Part shown: one piece after another, positions 19,401-27,627 of the stretch
Layout of the letters: every line of letters begins with the position of its first letter
Position numbering within the stretch: position 1 is the stretch's first letter
Source of the DNA: Myxococcota bacterium
Lineage (GTDB): Bacteria > Myxococcota_A > UBA796 > CAJQPC01
Reading direction: 5' to 3'
Length of the DNA: 64,000 nt
Assembly (NCBI GenBank): GCA_036012755.1
Contig: DASCPX010000147.1
Coordinates: 720-64,719, forward strand
Notes under the pieces: model-generated
Seen by the model: the letters and a program-made list of their open reading frames with translations, nothing else
Databases searched by the model: none
What the model was told of the DNA's origin: nothing
Translations under genes and position numbers: made by a program

Positions 19401-19781
19401 GACCGCGAGCCGGAAGCCCAGGCGGCTCTTCATGGGCTCGGGCAGGGTCGGCCACAGCGCGACGAGGGGGTCTCGGTCCTCGAGGGCCTTCACCATCTTC
19501 TTGAAGAAGCGGGAGCGGGAGTTGGTCAGCCCCGCCATGTTCGGCTGCTTCGAGATCCGCTCCAGCAAAGAGGCCAGGTCCGCCCCGGAGAACGGGGCGC
19601 CCGCGGCGTCGTCCATGGTCGACCAGAACCAGCTCCCGGTGCTGCAGTCGAGGGTCCCGGCCCGATCCAGCTCCCACAGCAGGGCCCCCGCGGGCTTTTC
19701 CCCCAGGAGCGACTTCAGGCGGTCGCAGATGTCGTAGGCGTCTGTGTACTTCTGGAGGATTGTGTCGATTCGCGGGTCCAT
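16440..19781 (-). CDS. DUF4132 domain protein with HEAT-like repeats (YehI/MolR-like)
   Basis: LGLSRDELAERVLSDFGLD, RLESAMIDGRSW, IRLAHP, PFPQLDR, PLSEIDPVVYAE. Confidence 0.88.
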   Translation of the reverse strand: MDPRIDTILQKYTDAYDICDRLKSLLGEKPAGALLWELDRAGTLDCSTGSWFWSTMDDAAGAPFSGADLASLLERISKQPNMAGLTNSRSRFFKKMVKALEDRDPLVALWPTLPEPMKSRLGFRLAVHGALEPGQLGAETLELIASLEAEGTNWSLEDFDAVWPGAVGGKALAKAAGEPGCSIWSEKVVGRLLPHASPEELARVVLNLDYGPTVLAVAEKLDPVPEGLATALVQADRSQPQRFGLHMAAIVLAKAGLADTDLFVESLSKPCNAKFAPLYARAWQVFGPEFIERHIAPCFKADKRGYGDGAIWSWLPELPLPLTLERACDAIRSWPRGDPYLRSRALEAFKKLPRAAAPTLSEQDIAKFPQRDIVAWGLASAGGELAWPKLAELLADSHSGVREAAVHGLSDPGAIEVIDRALASRKKGSRLGAARALAAIPVTARGKALAERTAAKEKAAEVLAALKPLLSAEADAPLPLADEVTAGARMFEEAGWNEDGRQRAMDVLSALGPGAEAAVQVMLATMEDWGLADLWWWYGRTGWPGAIDFMKYLMVSSQGIAKSMAPKVLGELGVLAPEHLSAKKADVRIEAAKLYLAVAGPEHVEVIEAAMAKEKSKKVREVLAGVLEACLAAGERPLSELGLDDLAELESRFARRVAEAPVSLEGLSLSLSDGTPVSPRALRGLISALADREDLSSLRPLFDPDSASALRAGLGERTAGTKEHRYGWVVQLTGVFAQESELADYGRSLDDKARSGDHLEAFAKVEALARHGSSAALQWVDHWARRARSNGLRERAGLALDEAAKKLGLSRDELAERVLSDFGLDARGQRDFVYAERTYTLRLANDLSLSIFLDGAKRRALPKAKTEDDKARRKELSALKKQLKTGVKAAIERLESAMIDGRSWSVEAWREVFTNPVNRRLAEQLLWWDGTRAFRVAEDGSFADLEDETVEIDAEIRLAHPLRMTDTEAWAQVLADYEMLPPFPQLDRPALAPVDGTVRSLDNWIAKDVGTGRLRGFMARKRWIRGTPQDGGVVLWMVKPFRNSDVTAVLDFQPGLGMGYDFEQQQEIRELTFVRGVHSDKPGYRLEGIPLSEIDPVVYAEVVASIEALYDTD

Positions 19782-19860
19782 ACCAAGCCTTTACGCGCTC
19801 TTGGCAAGGCCTGCCCGGTAGACGCCCTGTATACTCGCCGCGGCACCGACGGATCAGGCC

Positions 19861-21048
19861 TTGCTCGCTCTGTTCTCCGTCCTGGCACTTGCCCAAGAAG
19901 CGCCCCCTGTCGTCAACGGCAACGCGACCTCGGACTACGAGGCGGTCGGCGCGCTGCTCGCGTGTAGCGGCAGCTGCTTCACCTTCTGCTCGGGCACGAT
20001 GATCGACGAGGAGTGGGTGATCACGGCCGCCCACTGCATCAGCCCGATGAGGAGCTACGACAACGGCGGCTACACGATGTGGTTCGGCGTCGGGCCGCGT
20101 CTCGGAGAGCTCGACGACTACAAGGAGATCGTCAGCTACGACGAGCATCCGCAGTACAACAGCTACTCGCTGGACCACGACATCGGCATCGCGAAGATGA
20201 AGCCGCTCACCAGCGTGGACCCGATCTACCTCAACGAGGAGTCCATCGACAACAGCTGGAAGGGCGTGGAGCTCCAGTACGTCGGCTACGGCGTCACGAG
20301 CGACAACGCCAACGACGGGGGCGTCAAGCGCACGGCCGCGATGCCGATCTACAGCTACGACAACGGCTTCGTCTACACGGCCGACACCGCCGACATGCAG
20401 AACATCTGCTACGGCGACAGCGGCGGCGCCGCGCTGGAGGATCTCGGCGGTGGGATCTACGAGCTCACGGGGGTCAACTCGCACGTCTTCGGCGTGACCT
20501 ACAGCAACTACATGTGCGAGGGCGGCGGCTCCGGAGCGACCCGGGTCGACAAGCACCTCAGCTGGATCCAGGGCTACGTCGACGCCGGCGGCTACGACCC
20601 GAACGAGGATCCCCCCGAGGAGGACCCGCCAGAGGACGATCCCCCGGAGGACGACCCCGAGGAGGAGGAGGGTGAGGGTGAGGGTAGCGACGGTGCCTTG
20701 GACGCCTTCGCCGAGCCCATGGTCGTCACCAAGGGCGGGAGCTCCGTCGTGAAGCTCCACGTCAGCGCGGACGACTACCTCATCACCGTCACGGATCCCC
20801 CCTGGCTCGGCCAGGCTCGCGTCGACGGCAGGCGCGTGCTCTTCGAGTCCAACGGCAGCGACCACGGCAGCGACTGGTTCGTCATGGACATCCACACCGA
20901 GAACGAGACCGTCGAGGTGCTGGTCGACGTCGAGGTCGTCGAGTCAGCCACCTACGAGGACATGGGGGGCTGTGCCTCCGCAGGGACGAAGGGTGGCGGT
21001 CTGTTCGCTCTGGCCCTCGCTGGACTCCTGATCCGTAGGAGGGAGTGA
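19861..21048 (+). CDS. secreted trypsin-like (S1) serine protease with MYXO-CTERM-like sorting tail
   Basis: VVNG mature start, TAAHC, DIGI, GDSGG triad; C-terminal GGC-hydrophobic-RRR. Confidence 0.92.
   Translation: MLALFSVLALAQEAPPVVNGNATSDYEAVGALLACSGSCFTFCSGTMIDEEWVITAAHCISPMRSYDNGGYTMWFGVGPRLGELDDYKEIVSYDEHPQYNSYSLDHDIGIAKMKPLTSVDPIYLNEESIDNSWKGVELQYVGYGVTSDNANDGGVKRTAAMPIYSYDNGFVYTADTADMQNICYGDSGGAALEDLGGGIYELTGVNSHVFGVTYSNYMCEGGGSGATRVDKHLSWIQGYVDAGGYDPNEDPPEEDPPEDDPPEDDPEEEEGEGEGSDGALDAFAEPMVVTKGGSSVVKLHVSADDYLITVTDPPWLGQARVDGRRVLFESNGSDHGSDWFVMDIHTENETVEVLVDVEVVESATYEDMGGCASAGTKGGGLFALALAGLLIRRRE
20605..20670 (+). repeat. imperfect 15-bp tandem repeat encoding an acidic E(E/D)DPP linker
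   Basis: EDPP-EEDPP-EDDPP-EDDPEEEE within the protease gene. Confidence 0.7.
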
Positions 21049-21061
21049 TGCCTGGACCGCG

Positions 21062-21190
21062 CTAGTCGGGGCCGGGCAGAGCCTCGTCAGCCCTTCGCAC
21101 GCACAACTCGAGCGAGGGCAGGAGGTCCGATTGATCGAGGGCTTGTTCGAGCAGTCGCGCGCAGAGGGCGACCAGCTCAGGGCTCGACAC
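21062..21190 (-). pseudogene. internally deleted nucleotidyltransferase-type toxin remnant
   Basis: GTG start overlapping the upstream gene end; MSSPELVALCAR joined directly to LLEQALDQSDLLPSLE, which I recall as a C-terminal motif of that family; only 42 aa. Confidence 0.55.
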
Positions 21191-21419
21191 GCCGGAAGCC
21201 CGCGATCATGCTTCGATGGTGGGCGAGGTCGGCGTCGCGGTCCGAGTCGGACGGCCAACCCGGACTCATCGCCCTGGCCAGCTCTCCAGCGCGGGCGCAT
21301 ACCCGAAGACGTTGTTCGGGTGTCGTTCCTCGAAAGTCGTCGAGCCATGCCTCGTGCTCGAGGCGGTTCAGGAGTGTCCAGTCCCGTTCTACGAAGCCCT
21401 TGACGTAGTCAGCGTCCAT
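21177..21419 (-). CDS. small putative antitoxin
   Basis: 80 aa with FVERDW, TTPEQRLR, GWPSDSDRDADLAHH; TAAGCT 7 nt before the ATG. Confidence 0.6.
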   Translation of the reverse strand: MDADYVKGFVERDWTLLNRLEHEAWLDDFRGTTPEQRLRVCARAGELARAMSPGWPSDSDRDADLAHHRSMIAGFRRVEP

Positions 21420-21448
21420 GGCAAGGAGCTTAGCCGTTAGGAGTTCGG

Positions 21449-22171
21449 ATGAAACAGGTCGGGTTCGTCGTCGTCGGGGTGGTGTTGGGGTTCCTCCTAG
21501 GAGGCATCGGACCCAGGATGGAACTCGCCGACATGCGCGACGCGCTCGCCGAGGCCACGCAGCGGGCCGACGATGCCGATCGGTCGGCGATGCGGAGGTC
21601 GGCGCCCTCCCTGTTCCTACCCGGCGTCTCGCAGAGCTACTCGGCCCCGGAGCCGGAGTCGTCCGAGGAGCCGGAGGACAAGGTCTTCGAGACCGAGGAC
21701 GGCAACGCCTCCCTCACGATCCAGGGCGCCGGGGGCGAGGGTGCCGAGGCCGGGCCGGAGGACCCCTTGGAGCGCTTCGACCTTGCCGCCGACGCCCAGC
21801 GCATCCGCGCTCGGCAGTCACGGGAGGCGCTGCGCCAGCAGGGGGACCTCTCCGACGAGCAGATGGCGCGCGTGGACGGCATCGTCGCGAGCATGAACGA
21901 CGAGCTCGCCATGCTGGGAGACGACGTCGTGGACCTCATGCTGAGCGACCAGGATCCCTCGGCCCAGGACATGCTGGGTGTGTCCCACGACGTCACGGGG
22001 GTGCTCTACGAAGCCCAGGTCGCGATGGACGACCTCGTCTCGGAGAGCGGCAACCCCGTGGAGCGAGAGGCCAGCGAGGTCTGGAACCACGTCGACCTCG
22101 ACGCCTTCCGTGAGGGGGTCGAGGATCTCGACGCCGCGGGCTTCGGTGACGCTGACGAGGGCGGTCCTTGA
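21449..22171 (+). CDS. membrane-anchored acidic helical hypothetical protein
   Basis: AGGAG RBS, N-terminal TM segment, coupled to ABC genes. Confidence 0.75.
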   Translation: MKQVGFVVVGVVLGFLLGGIGPRMELADMRDALAEATQRADDADRSAMRRSAPSLFLPGVSQSYSAPEPESSEEPEDKVFETEDGNASLTIQGAGGEGAEAGPEDPLERFDLAADAQRIRARQSREALRQQGDLSDEQMARVDGIVASMNDELAMLGDDVVDLMLSDQDPSAQDMLGVSHDVTGVLYEAQVAMDDLVSESGNPVEREASEVWNHVDLDAFREGVEDLDAAGFGDADEGGP

Positions 22172-23073
22172 GGGCCATCCGGGACGCCTTGCTGGTGGCC
22201 AGCTTCGACCTCTTCGAGTCGGTCCGGTCGCGGAAGTTCCTGGCGCTGTTGGTGCTGCACGTGCTCGGCGCTGTCGTGTCGACCCTGGTCTTCGTCAAGA
22301 TCCTCGCCGAGTTCGAGACCGTGCTCGCCACGCAGCTGGGGGTCGCCGAGACGGCCAAGCCGGGCACGATGACCGAGGAGCTGATGAACTCTCCGGAGAC
22401 GCTGGAGGTGCTCACCGGGCTCATGCAGGACGCGGAGCTGGCCAAGGAGCTCGTGAGCGTGCCTCCGCTGGCCTTGTTCTACGGCTGGATCGCGCTGTTC
22501 GTGCTCCCGGCGCTGGTGGTCTTCACCTCCAGCGACGCCATCTCCGCCGAGCTCTCGTCCGGCTCGGCGCGCTTCGCTCTGTTCCGCACCCAGCGCCTGT
22601 CCTGGGCGGTCGGCAAGCTCGGAGGGCAGGCCTGCCTGCTCTTCATCATGGTCTTCCTCGGCGCCATCGCGGTCTGGATCGTGGGCGCCCTGAGCCTGGC
22701 GGGCTTCGATGGACCGGGCACGGCCTGGTGGCTCGCGCGCCTCGGGCTGCGGGCCTTCGTCTACGGCTTCGCCTTCCTCGGACTGGCGCTGGGGATCTCC
22801 CAGATGACGCGGTCCGTGAACGGGGCTCGGGCCTTCGGGCTGATCGCCCTGATCGCAGTCGGTGTGCTCGCGTCGCTCTCGATGTGGGACGAGGCCATCG
22901 AGTACGCCCCGGTCCTCATCCCGACCCTGCAGCCGATGTTCCCCGGGACCCACAAGCTGACCCTGTGGCAGCCGGACCTGGCGGCGCGCGGCCCCTCGAT
23001 GGCGATGCTCCTGGCGCTTGGCTTCTTCTACTTCGGCATCGGGCACGCCGTGATGGTGCGGAGGGACGCGTGA
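22168..23073 (+). CDS. ABC-2 type exporter permease
   Basis: About six TM segments; DAISAELSSGSARF motif. Confidence 0.85.
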   Translation: MRAIRDALLVASFDLFESVRSRKFLALLVLHVLGAVVSTLVFVKILAEFETVLATQLGVAETAKPGTMTEELMNSPETLEVLTGLMQDAELAKELVSVPPLALFYGWIALFVLPALVVFTSSDAISAELSSGSARFALFRTQRLSWAVGKLGGQACLLFIMVFLGAIAVWIVGALSLAGFDGPGTAWWLARLGLRAFVYGFAFLGLALGISQMTRSVNGARAFGLIALIAVGVLASLSMWDEAIEYAPVLIPTLQPMFPGTHKLTLWQPDLAARGPSMAMLLALGFFYFGIGHAVMVRRDA

Positions 23074-24014
23074 GCCCTGCGCTTCGTCTGCGGGGTGTGC
23101 GCAAGGCCTACGGGAGCGTGCAAGCCCTCGACGGCCTCGACATCGAGGTCCCCCGCGGCGTGGTCTGCGGCCTCGTCGGTCCCAACGGGGCTGGAAAGAC
23201 GACCGCCTTCGGCATCGTCGGCGGCGTGCTGAGGGCCGACGCGGGAGAGGTCGATCTCCTCGGCGCCGGACGCTTCGACCCGAGGGTCCACGCGGGTCGC
23301 GTCACGCTCCTGCCCCAGGACTGCGAGCTCAACCCGCACACCGCCGTCGAGGATCTGCTCGTCTTCTATGGCCGCCTGCAGGGGCTCTCGAAGACCGAGG
23401 CGAACAGGGACGCCGCGCGATCCCTGGAGCTGGTGGATCTCTCCGACCGGAGGCGCATGCGCGTCAAGCAGCTCTCCCACGGCATGCGACGCCGGGTCGC
23501 CGTCGCCCAGGCCTTCCTCGGGGATCCGGACCTGGTGTTGCTCGACGAGCCGAACTCGGGCCTCGACCCCACCCAGGTCATTCGCCTGCGCGAGCTCTTC
23601 CAGGCCCAGAGCGGCCGGCGCACGCTGATCATCTCGAGTCACGTGCTCCACGAGCTGCAGGCCACGTGTGACTTCGTCGTGATGATGGACAAGGGTGTCT
23701 GCACGCTGTCCGGGCCGCTGGACGAAGTCACCCGGGTCGGCCAGCGCGTGACGATCCACATCGAGGGCGAGGCGCCGCTGGAGGCTCTGCGGGCTGCGCT
23801 CCCGGACGCGCAGATCGAGCAGGAGCGAGAATCCATCGTGGTCCTCGGGCCGCCGAGGACTGGCGTGGCGGAGCTCAACGCCCGGGCGCTTCGCGTGCTG
23901 CTCGACCACGACGTGCCCATCGAGTCCGTCGAGCGAGGCCAGTCGCTGGAGGCGCGCTGGCTCGACACGCGTGACACCGCCTCGAAGGTCCGCCCCGCCC
24001 CCACGGAGGGTTAG
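23070..24014 (+). CDS. ABC transporter ATP-binding protein
   Basis: GPNGAGKT, LSHGMRRR, LLDEP, SSH; GTGA overlap start. Confidence 0.93.
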   Translation: MSPALRLRGVRKAYGSVQALDGLDIEVPRGVVCGLVGPNGAGKTTAFGIVGGVLRADAGEVDLLGAGRFDPRVHAGRVTLLPQDCELNPHTAVEDLLVFYGRLQGLSKTEANRDAARSLELVDLSDRRRMRVKQLSHGMRRRVAVAQAFLGDPDLVLLDEPNSGLDPTQVIRLRELFQAQSGRRTLIISSHVLHELQATCDFVVMMDKGVCTLSGPLDEVTRVGQRVTIHIEGEAPLEALRAALPDAQIEQERESIVVLGPPRTGVAELNARALRVLLDHDVPIESVERGQSLEARWLDTRDTASKVRPAPTEG

Positions 24015-24023
24015 CGTCAAGAG

Positions 24024-25796
24024 ATGTTGTTGCTCGCAGCCACTCTGGCCACCGCCGCGCCCCTGGAGCCCTCGGCGGACCGCGCCGGTCTGCCGGTGGC
24101 GCTGCCAGCCTGGTCGCTGCTCGTCCAGGACCTCGACGGGGACGGCTCGGTCGAGCTGGCGGCGGTGAGCCACGGCACCGAGCCGGTCTGGTACCACCTC
24201 GACGGCGGAGGCACCTTCCACGAAGGATCGGATCCTTGGGAGGGAGAGCGGGCCGACCGCCACGGGCTCGCGCCCTGCGATCTCGACGCCGACGGGGACT
24301 TCGAGCTGGTCGCGGCGCGTGGGGGGGCGCGCGGGACAGGCGGTACACCCATCGAGATCTGGGAGTATCGGGACGGGCTCTGGGTGGACGAAGGTCAGCG
24401 GCTCGCCGAGACCGACGGCGTGCGCATGCGCGGCCTCAGCTGCGTCGACATCGACGGCGACGGCGCTCCGGAGCTCTACGTCCCGGGCCACGCGGGGGAC
24501 AAGGCCGACCAGCTCTGGTGGCGCTCAGAGGACGGCCAGTGGGAGGACCGGGCCGCCGAGCTGGGGCTGGATCGCATCGAGAGCACCTACGGGGGTGTCT
24601 GGGCCGACCTCGACGGTGACCGGGACCTCGACCTCGTGCGCTTGGAGGACGGCGACGTGGGTATCCTGCTGCAGGCCGGAGGCGCCTTCGTGCGGACCGC
24701 GTCGCCGCAGCTGACGGCGGTCCGCGACCTGGCCCTGTTGGACCTCGAGAACGACGGGGACCTCGACATCTACCTCGGCCGTGCCGGCCACTTCCGTGAC
24801 GCCGCGGGGGACCACGGGGCTCGGCTGTACCTCGGCGAGGGTGACACCGACCGGCTCAGCTGGCGCTTTCCCCAGGGCTGCTCGGTGGTGCGGATCCGGA
24901 TCCAGGGCGAGGTCGCAGGTGGTGGTGCTCGCATGGTCACCCCGACCGAGACAGACAGGATGCAGGCTCGCCTGCGTTTCGCGCCCCAGTACGCGAGCGA
25001 GCCCGAGGGCGAGGGCATCGCCGCCTGGGTCAGCCCGCTCCGGCGCCAGGTGCACTTTCGAGCCGGAGGAGGCGAGGGGCGCGTCCTGGTCGGGCTGGAG
25101 TGCATCGTCGGCGAGGGCGAGCCCGTGCTCATCGAGGACGACACAGAGAGCACCGGCGTCGAGGCGGGGCGGGTCGACAAGATCCTCGTCAACGACGGCC
25201 TCGGTGGCTTCTCGCTGATCCAGGGCACCGCTCACGAGAGCGCGGATGTCGTCGTCGTGGACGTGGACCTCGACGGTGACGACGACCTCTTCCTCGTGGG
25301 CGAGACCGTGGCCGGAGTCTGGGAGAACGGCCCGGACAGCCTGCTCATCAACGACGACGGCGTGCTCCGACCGGTCGAGCTCTCGGACCCCCGCTCGCCG
25401 GGCAAGGGACAGCTGGCGGTGCCGGTCGACCTGGATGGGGATCGCTTCGCCGAGATCGTGGTGGTCAACGGCGAGTACGACGGCTCGCTGGCCGGGCACA
25501 GCCAGGTCTGGGACAACCCCGGCGTGGCCGGCCACCACTGGCTCGAGGTCGAGGTCTACGAGCCCGATGGCCGGGTGCGCTCGCTCTCCGCCCGGGTGCA
25601 GGTGCTCGCAGGGGGCAAGGTGCAGCGCCGCATCTCGGCGCCCGCGCCCGACTACCGCAGCAACGGGACCACGGCCACGGTCTTCGGCCTCGGCCCGGAG
25701 CGGCTCGCCCAGGTGCTCGTGACGTGGCCCGACGGCAGCGCGGTGGTGCACGAGCGCGTCCCGGCCGGGACGACGCTGCGGGTCGTGAAACCGTGA
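24024..25796 (+). CDS. CRTAC1/ASPIC-UnbV family FG-GAP protein
   Basis: Multiple DLDGDG repeats; C-terminal HWLEV...FGLG...VTWPDG. Confidence 0.85.
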   Translation: MLLLAATLATAAPLEPSADRAGLPVALPAWSLLVQDLDGDGSVELAAVSHGTEPVWYHLDGGGTFHEGSDPWEGERADRHGLAPCDLDADGDFELVAARGGARGTGGTPIEIWEYRDGLWVDEGQRLAETDGVRMRGLSCVDIDGDGAPELYVPGHAGDKADQLWWRSEDGQWEDRAAELGLDRIESTYGGVWADLDGDRDLDLVRLEDGDVGILLQAGGAFVRTASPQLTAVRDLALLDLENDGDLDIYLGRAGHFRDAAGDHGARLYLGEGDTDRLSWRFPQGCSVVRIRIQGEVAGGGARMVTPTETDRMQARLRFAPQYASEPEGEGIAAWVSPLRRQVHFRAGGGEGRVLVGLECIVGEGEPVLIEDDTESTGVEAGRVDKILVNDGLGGFSLIQGTAHESADVVVVDVDLDGDDDLFLVGETVAGVWENGPDSLLINDDGVLRPVELSDPRSPGKGQLAVPVDLDGDRFAEIVVVNGEYDGSLAGHSQVWDNPGVAGHHWLEVEVYEPDGRVRSLSARVQVLAGGKVQRRISAPAPDYRSNGTTATVFGLGPERLAQVLVTWPDGSAVVHERVPAGTTLRVVKP

Positions 25797-26101
25797 AGCT
25801 GCCGGAGAGCGCCCGGACCGAGTTCGACGCGCTGGTGACCGCTCCGCTCCGGAGCACGCGACAGGTGATTCGGAGCCTGGAGCCGGCGCTGGAGGAGGCC
25901 GACGGCGACGCGGAGGCGGTGATCGCGGGTACGCTGGCCCAGCTGGGACGGCTGGAGCGGAAGAGCTCTCCGCTCTACGTCCGACTCGTCCACGCCCTGG
26001 CCGCCTACGTGCTCCTCCCCGACCGTGACTGGGCTGTCGTGCGCGAGGTCCACGACACGGTCGCCAGGAACACCAAGCGCTTCGAGCTGACGCTCGGGTG
26101 A
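25793..26101 (+). CDS. hypothetical protein
   Basis: GTGA-coupled at both ends within the operon; typical codon usage. Confidence 0.6.
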   Translation: MKLPESARTEFDALVTAPLRSTRQVIRSLEPALEEADGDAEAVIAGTLAQLGRLERKSSPLYVRLVHALAAYVLLPDRDWAVVREVHDTVARNTKRFELTLG

Positions 26102-27627
26102 GCCGGGGATTCCTGAAGCCGCTGGCGGGTCTCCTTGCCGCGGCGATGTTGCTGACCTGGCCGCTGGCGTGGGTCTTTCGGAGCGAGGTCCTCAGCCACC
26201 CGAGCCGCGAGGCGGCGTCCCACATCTGGGGCCTGTGGGCGGCCCTCGGCGACGGCCCGTTGATCATCGAGACGGAGCTCCTGAGGCACCCGGAGGGCCT
26301 TCGGCTGGTGCTGGTGGATCCGGGCAACCTCCCGGCCTTCGCCCTCGGGAGCGTGCTCGGACCTGCCGCTGGCTACAACCTCGTCGTGCTGTGCGGGGTG
26401 CTCGTCGCCGGGCTGGGTGGCTGGCTGATCGCCGAGCGTATCGACGGCGAGCCATGGCTGGGCGCGCTGGTGGCCATGTGCTGCCCGGGGCTGCTCGCGG
26501 CGGCCAGCGAGGGCACCACAGAGGACTTCGGTGTCGGCTGGGTCCTGGTCTTCCTGGCGCTGTTGCTGAGGCGCTCCTGGTGGGCCATCCCGGCCCTCAC
26601 GATGGCCTGGATCACGGGGCCCTACAACGGGCTGTGGGCCTCGCTCATCGGCGGGTCGTTGGGGCTCTGGTGGCTGCTGCGGGACCGCGCGCGGGCTGGC
26701 CGGGCTGCGCTGGTGGGCCTTGGCGGTGCCGTGCTCGGCGGGCCCTACTTCTGGGCCGTGTTGACCCAGCGCCACCACCGCCTGCCCGGCAGCGGCGGAC
26801 ACCCACAGTTCGGACACCTGCCGGAGATCATCGAAGCCCAGGACTTCCGCGGGGACATCTGGCACGGCGCGGATCTGACCGACGCCTGGCTGCCGGTGCA
26901 GCTCACCGGCGGCGAGGGGGACTGGAGCCACACGGCCTATGTCGGCCTCGTCGCGCTGGTCTTCGGCGTCGCGGCGGTCAACCGGCGTCGGGAGCTCTGG
27001 CCCTTCCTGGCTGGCTCCGTGGTCTTCTCGGTCCTCGCGCTGGGTCCGTGGCTCTACTTCGGGGGCGAGGTCCTGCGCGTTGGCGGGGAGCCCCTGCTCG
27101 CCCCCGCCGGGCTCCTCGAGGAGGCCTGGCCGGAGCTCACCCGCTTCACGCGTTGGTACCGCGCCGGGTCGGTCGCCGCCCTCTTGCTCGCCCCCCTGGT
27201 CTCCACCTGGCGAGGCCGCAGCTCCCTGCTCGTGGCCGCGCTGGTCGTGGCGGACACCCTGATTCTGGCCCCGATGCCCTGGCCGCTGGTCTCGGCGCCG
27301 ATGCCCTCTGTCGAGGGGCTCGAAGGCGAGGGCGCGCTCATGGAGGTCCCGCCCTTTATTGTCGGAGAGCCCGAGGGGGACGCCTGGCGAGACCAGAACG
27401 TGCTCGCCCAGACCCTCCACGGGCGCCCCATCGCCGGCTCGATGATGGGCCTGGGTCCTGCCCCCGAGGCCGGCCCGCTGTTCCGCGCCGCAGAGGTCGG
27501 CGACTTCACGGGCCTCTCCGAGGGAGGCTACACATCGGTGGTGGTCTGGAAGCGCCTGACCGATCGACGCCTGTCGCTGAGTCCCGTCTACGAAGACGAT
27601 GAGAAGTCTGTCTACGAGGTCCCGTGA
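26098..27627 (+). CDS. multi-pass membrane protein, probable GT-C glycosyltransferase (YfhO-like)
   Basis: Many TM segments, HPEG, AYVG, QTLHGRPIAG motifs. Confidence 0.65.
   Translation: MSRGFLKPLAGLLAAAMLLTWPLAWVFRSEVLSHPSREAASHIWGLWAALGDGPLIIETELLRHPEGLRLVLVDPGNLPAFALGSVLGPAAGYNLVVLCGVLVAGLGGWLIAERIDGEPWLGALVAMCCPGLLAAASEGTTEDFGVGWVLVFLALLLRRSWWAIPALTMAWITGPYNGLWASLIGGSLGLWWLLRDRARAGRAALVGLGGAVLGGPYFWAVLTQRHHRLPGSGGHPQFGHLPEIIEAQDFRGDIWHGADLTDAWLPVQLTGGEGDWSHTAYVGLVALVFGVAAVNRRRELWPFLAGSVVFSVLALGPWLYFGGEVLRVGGEPLLAPAGLLEEAWPELTRFTRWYRAGSVAALLLAPLVSTWRGRSSLLVAALVVADTLILAPMPWPLVSAPMPSVEGLEGEGALMEVPPFIVGEPEGDAWRDQNVLAQTLHGRPIAGSMMGLGPAPEAGPLFRAAEVGDFTGLSEGGYTSVVVWKRLTDRRLSLSPVYEDDEKSVYEVP

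Noticed and set aside
20605-20690. Short repeats as a CRISPR-like array
   Set aside because: They are in-frame coding repeats of an acidic linker with no spacers or cas genes
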